A stretch of 19,897 nt of DNA, from positions 1-19,897 of the forward strand of contig JAHPZE010000049.1 in assembly GCA_019058365.1 (NCBI GenBank), written 5' to 3'. The translations under genes were made by a program, and so were the position numbers. Each line of letters starts with the position of its first letter. Within the stretch, counting starts at the first letter, position 1. Shown piece after piece: positions 18,601 to 19,897 of this stretch. Source of the stretch: Promethearchaeota archaeon (GTDB taxonomy: Archaea; Asgardarchaeota; Lokiarchaeia; Sigyniarchaeales; SOKP01). The notes beneath the pieces were generated by a model, which searched no databases, had not been told where the DNA came from, and saw only the letters and a program-made list of their open reading frames with translations.

Positions 18601-18863
18601 AAGGAACTACTGTTATCCATTACGACTTATGGTGGAATCCCGCAGTAATGGATCAAGCTACAGACAGAGCTTATAGAATAGGACAGAAATCAATCGTAAA
18701 TGTGTATAAGTTCATTACTATCGGAAGCATTGAAGAAAAAATAGATATTTTATTAGAAGAAAAACGGGATTTAGCCGATAAGATTGTTTCATCTACAGGA
18801 GAATCTTGGATTTCTGACTTAGATAATGAAAAACTAAAAGAATTATTAACATTAAGTAGCTAA
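15666..18863 (+). CDS. SNF2/SWI2-family helicase-like ATPase (prokaryotic SWIM-associated type with a DUF3670-like region), 1065 aa
   Basis: LADDMGLGKT, VCPTS, DESQNMKN, LSGTPIENRL.ELWS, LKQICNHP, IFTQF, SLKAGGTGLNL and WWNPAV..QATDRAYRIGQ motifs; upstream PLINLRGEWILVD. Confidence 0.95.
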   Translation: MKLTNKLELIYIPVTYWNEPSSSFELTSEEKHLPRNTNFFLLWIPSNKSEKVLTEQIKLTFPRIPIKKLFSCKINLAIPFSLLNTKKDPAFSKEFFQVVSHLGKIIPISPATKLLYQLEIIENTDRSKIHYSNSIKTWALLTKFVFELLNKGQFVPMLESTSQKFYNGQWRLILKSQFDSDRFKSILTKSTWPAFCLPIDFFREEDIIKTNGLWHPSYIFSTFIDSVGDFLIRYTLNKSKFQTFKEFYSTERKKEIDPEFKLSWDYKYLKALIEKDSTFRVDEFYETILPTLIRNWTQSAQSIQLTHEFTLSLELKYPEQNEDDWLLTFSLLLQDGNKTIPLNEFWEGNKLKEGEFSKILESDGHYLETILRALGTASKIFPPIKRAFLEKIQHEIKLSSSEVIDFLKYPKDLLIQIGFNIVLPNVFTRGGKQRLTARLIIRSKESKKLTKGKSTVLPSIFDINSMLETKWEARIGGKTITENEFHNLINSDEPLINLRGEWILVDQQDLEDLKNIKETETKSYIDALKLGLTGEIQLKENGHTYDVVIEGELSRIIKRIQSIDSFENIPCPSSFKGNLRHYQQASLVWIGNMIKFNFGLCLADDMGLGKTIQIIAFLLYLKENYPTNSGAVLIVCPTSILFNWYRELKKFAPDLDVVLHHGARRYKKASEIPEFLEPHRIFLTSYGTIRNDIDFLETIRFSGIIVDESQNMKNYSSKQTQAIYKLQSQYRICLSGTPIENRLLELWSLFNFLNPRLLGTRTEFQRNFILPIERFQDQEAIDKLKLIISPFIMRRVKSDKSIISDLPEKNEMKLYIELSDEQKKIYRELVEESLKEIESTSSDDRKKRGLVLGLLVKLKQICNHPFQYLKINAESVNTKLKMKEFVSQSQKVERLLEMTDEVIMNGGKVLIFTQFTQMGDLLHKILEIKHDFRILYFHGGVPEKKRREIIDEFQSEDIESPPIMILSLKAGGTGLNLTQGTTVIHYDLWWNPAVMDQATDRAYRIGQKSIVNVYKFITIGSIEEKIDILLEEKRDLADKIVSSTGESWISDLDNEKLKELLTLSS

Positions 18864-18868
18864 AAAAT

Positions 18869-18876
18869 GAAGTGAT
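18869..18876 (+). promoter_or_regulatory. SD-like motif GAAGTGAT
   Basis: 7/8 match to GAGGTGAT; the GAAGTGA part ends 6 nt before in-frame ATC 18882. Confidence 0.5.
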
Positions 18877-18881
18877 TAAAA

Positions 18882-19823
18882 ATCGATAATAGAAAAAAAG
18901 AATATTTACAAGGTAGAAGGCTTAAGCGGAAAGGACCTGAAACTCCAAAAAGAAAGACAGAGTATGAAAAGCAGCGCACTCGTGAGGAAGTTGATCAAAT
19001 TAAAAAAAATTTAATTAATTTTGCCAAAACTTCTTGGGGAAAAGAGTGGATTTTATCAAATTTGAAAATTGGACGCCCTTTTAGGATGCAGCGAGGGATT
19101 GAATATGTAAAAGATGAAAGACGCATCGATAACATGTCCATTAATCCAGGATTAATTTTTGCGACTGTTCAAGGTACAGCACCAACTCCCTACAGAGTAA
19201 AAATCAATTTTGAAACAATACCTGAAGATAAATGGGATATTATAATTGATAAACTCTCCAATAAAATCATTAATCTCATAGAATTATTAGATGGTCTTTT
19301 ACCAGAAGATTTAATTTCTATTTTTAATGAAAGCAATTATTCGTTATTTCCAGATGCTTCAAAAGGTTTGAATGCTACTTGCTCTTGTCCTGATAAGGCT
19401 ATCCCCTGCAAACATATTGCTGCTGTAATTTTATACCTTGCTCGTGTTATAGACTATAATCCATTTCTGTTATTAGAATTAAGAGGAAAAACTAAGAGTG
19501 AAATTCTAACTGATTTAAGTTTATCACAATCAGTAGAAAGTGAACTAAGAATTGAAAAAGACCCAGAGTTACATAAATTTGATTTTAAATTTAATGTACC
19601 ACAAATCTCCATCCAAGATTTATCCACTGAAAAAAAAACAACTAGATTTGATGAATATATTATTCATTTTAACCTTAAAAAACCAGGAAATATCATAGAA
19701 ACTTTGGAAAATTTAGGTATACCACAAATTGTTGAAAATAAAGCTTTTGAAATCGTTTTAAGAGCGATTTATCACAAAATTACATCTGAGACATATCGTT
19801 TGTCTTTAGAACTAAGTAAATAA
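18882..19823 (+). CDS. SWIM zinc-finger protein partnered with SNF2; about 313 aa from a probable ATC start (ORF track starts at TTG 19062)
   Basis: CSCPDKAIPCKHIAAV SWIM motif, VQGT..PY.V.I and PFLLLELRG. The family N-terminal motif FAKTSWGKEW lies upstream of 19062 in an open frame from 18876. The start position is uncertain. Confidence 0.88.
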   Translation: MDNRKKEYLQGRRLKRKGPETPKRKTEYEKQRTREEVDQIKKNLINFAKTSWGKEWILSNLKIGRPFRMQRGIEYVKDERRIDNMSINPGLIFATVQGTAPTPYRVKINFETIPEDKWDIIIDKLSNKIINLIELLDGLLPEDLISIFNESNYSLFPDASKGLNATCSCPDKAIPCKHIAAVILYLARVIDYNPFLLLELRGKTKSEILTDLSLSQSVESELRIEKDPELHKFDFKFNVPQISIQDLSTEKKTTRFDEYIIHFNLKKPGNIIETLENLGIPQIVENKAFEIVLRAIYHKITSETYRLSLELSK

Positions 19824-19897
19824 TTTATTTCTTTTATTTGAAGATAATTTTTAATTTCCCTTCATACACTAAATCTTTATTCACCTTTAATTTTTAT

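Noticed and set aside
18867-18875. Selenocysteine at in-frame TGA 18873 (and TGA 11467)
   Set aside because: Neither TGA is at a Cys-equivalent position and no SECIS-like element was recognised. Both TGAs are simply part of the GTGA SD motif.
1-19897. CRISPR arrays, tRNA/rRNA genes, IS elements, integrases
   Set aside because: No regularly spaced repeats, GC-rich structured RNA islands, or transposase/recombinase motifs were seen by eye.

Overview
Very AT-rich, gene-dense prokaryotic window. Gene content, GAGGTGA-type ribosome-binding sites and TATA-like promoters suggest an archaeon, most plausibly Lokiarchaeia/Asgard; this is inference and not established. Left to right: a degraded membrane-protein remnant; two tandem GT-C (GT87-like) glycosyltransferases; an MFS transporter; a DUF3795 Cys-rich gene broken by one in-frame TAA; a CobO/BtuR adenosyltransferase divergent from DUF169; a YbhB/PEBP protein; a GctAB-fold 'CoA-transferase' pair; a DUF2284 + corrinoid protein + RACo-type activator cluster; a CaiC-like acyl-CoA ligase homologue; and a SNF2 + SWIM pair. 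I saw no rRNA, tRNA, CRISPR array or mobile element. Main observations: (1) the 'ligase' carries an N-terminal AbrB/SpoVT-like domain and lacks the catalytic A10 lysine, so it may be a pseudoenzyme one-component regulator. (2) The corrinoid cluster has no recognisable methyltransferase, DUF2284 sits in that position, and the corrinoid protein lacks its methyl-shielding cap segment. (3) The CoA-transferase-like pair lacks the beta-subunit catalytic Glu and resembles IpdAB/AibAB. (4) Two genes appear to start at non-canonical ATA/ATC codons, each 6 nt after an SD motif. All family calls come from motif recognition by eye; no database search was run.
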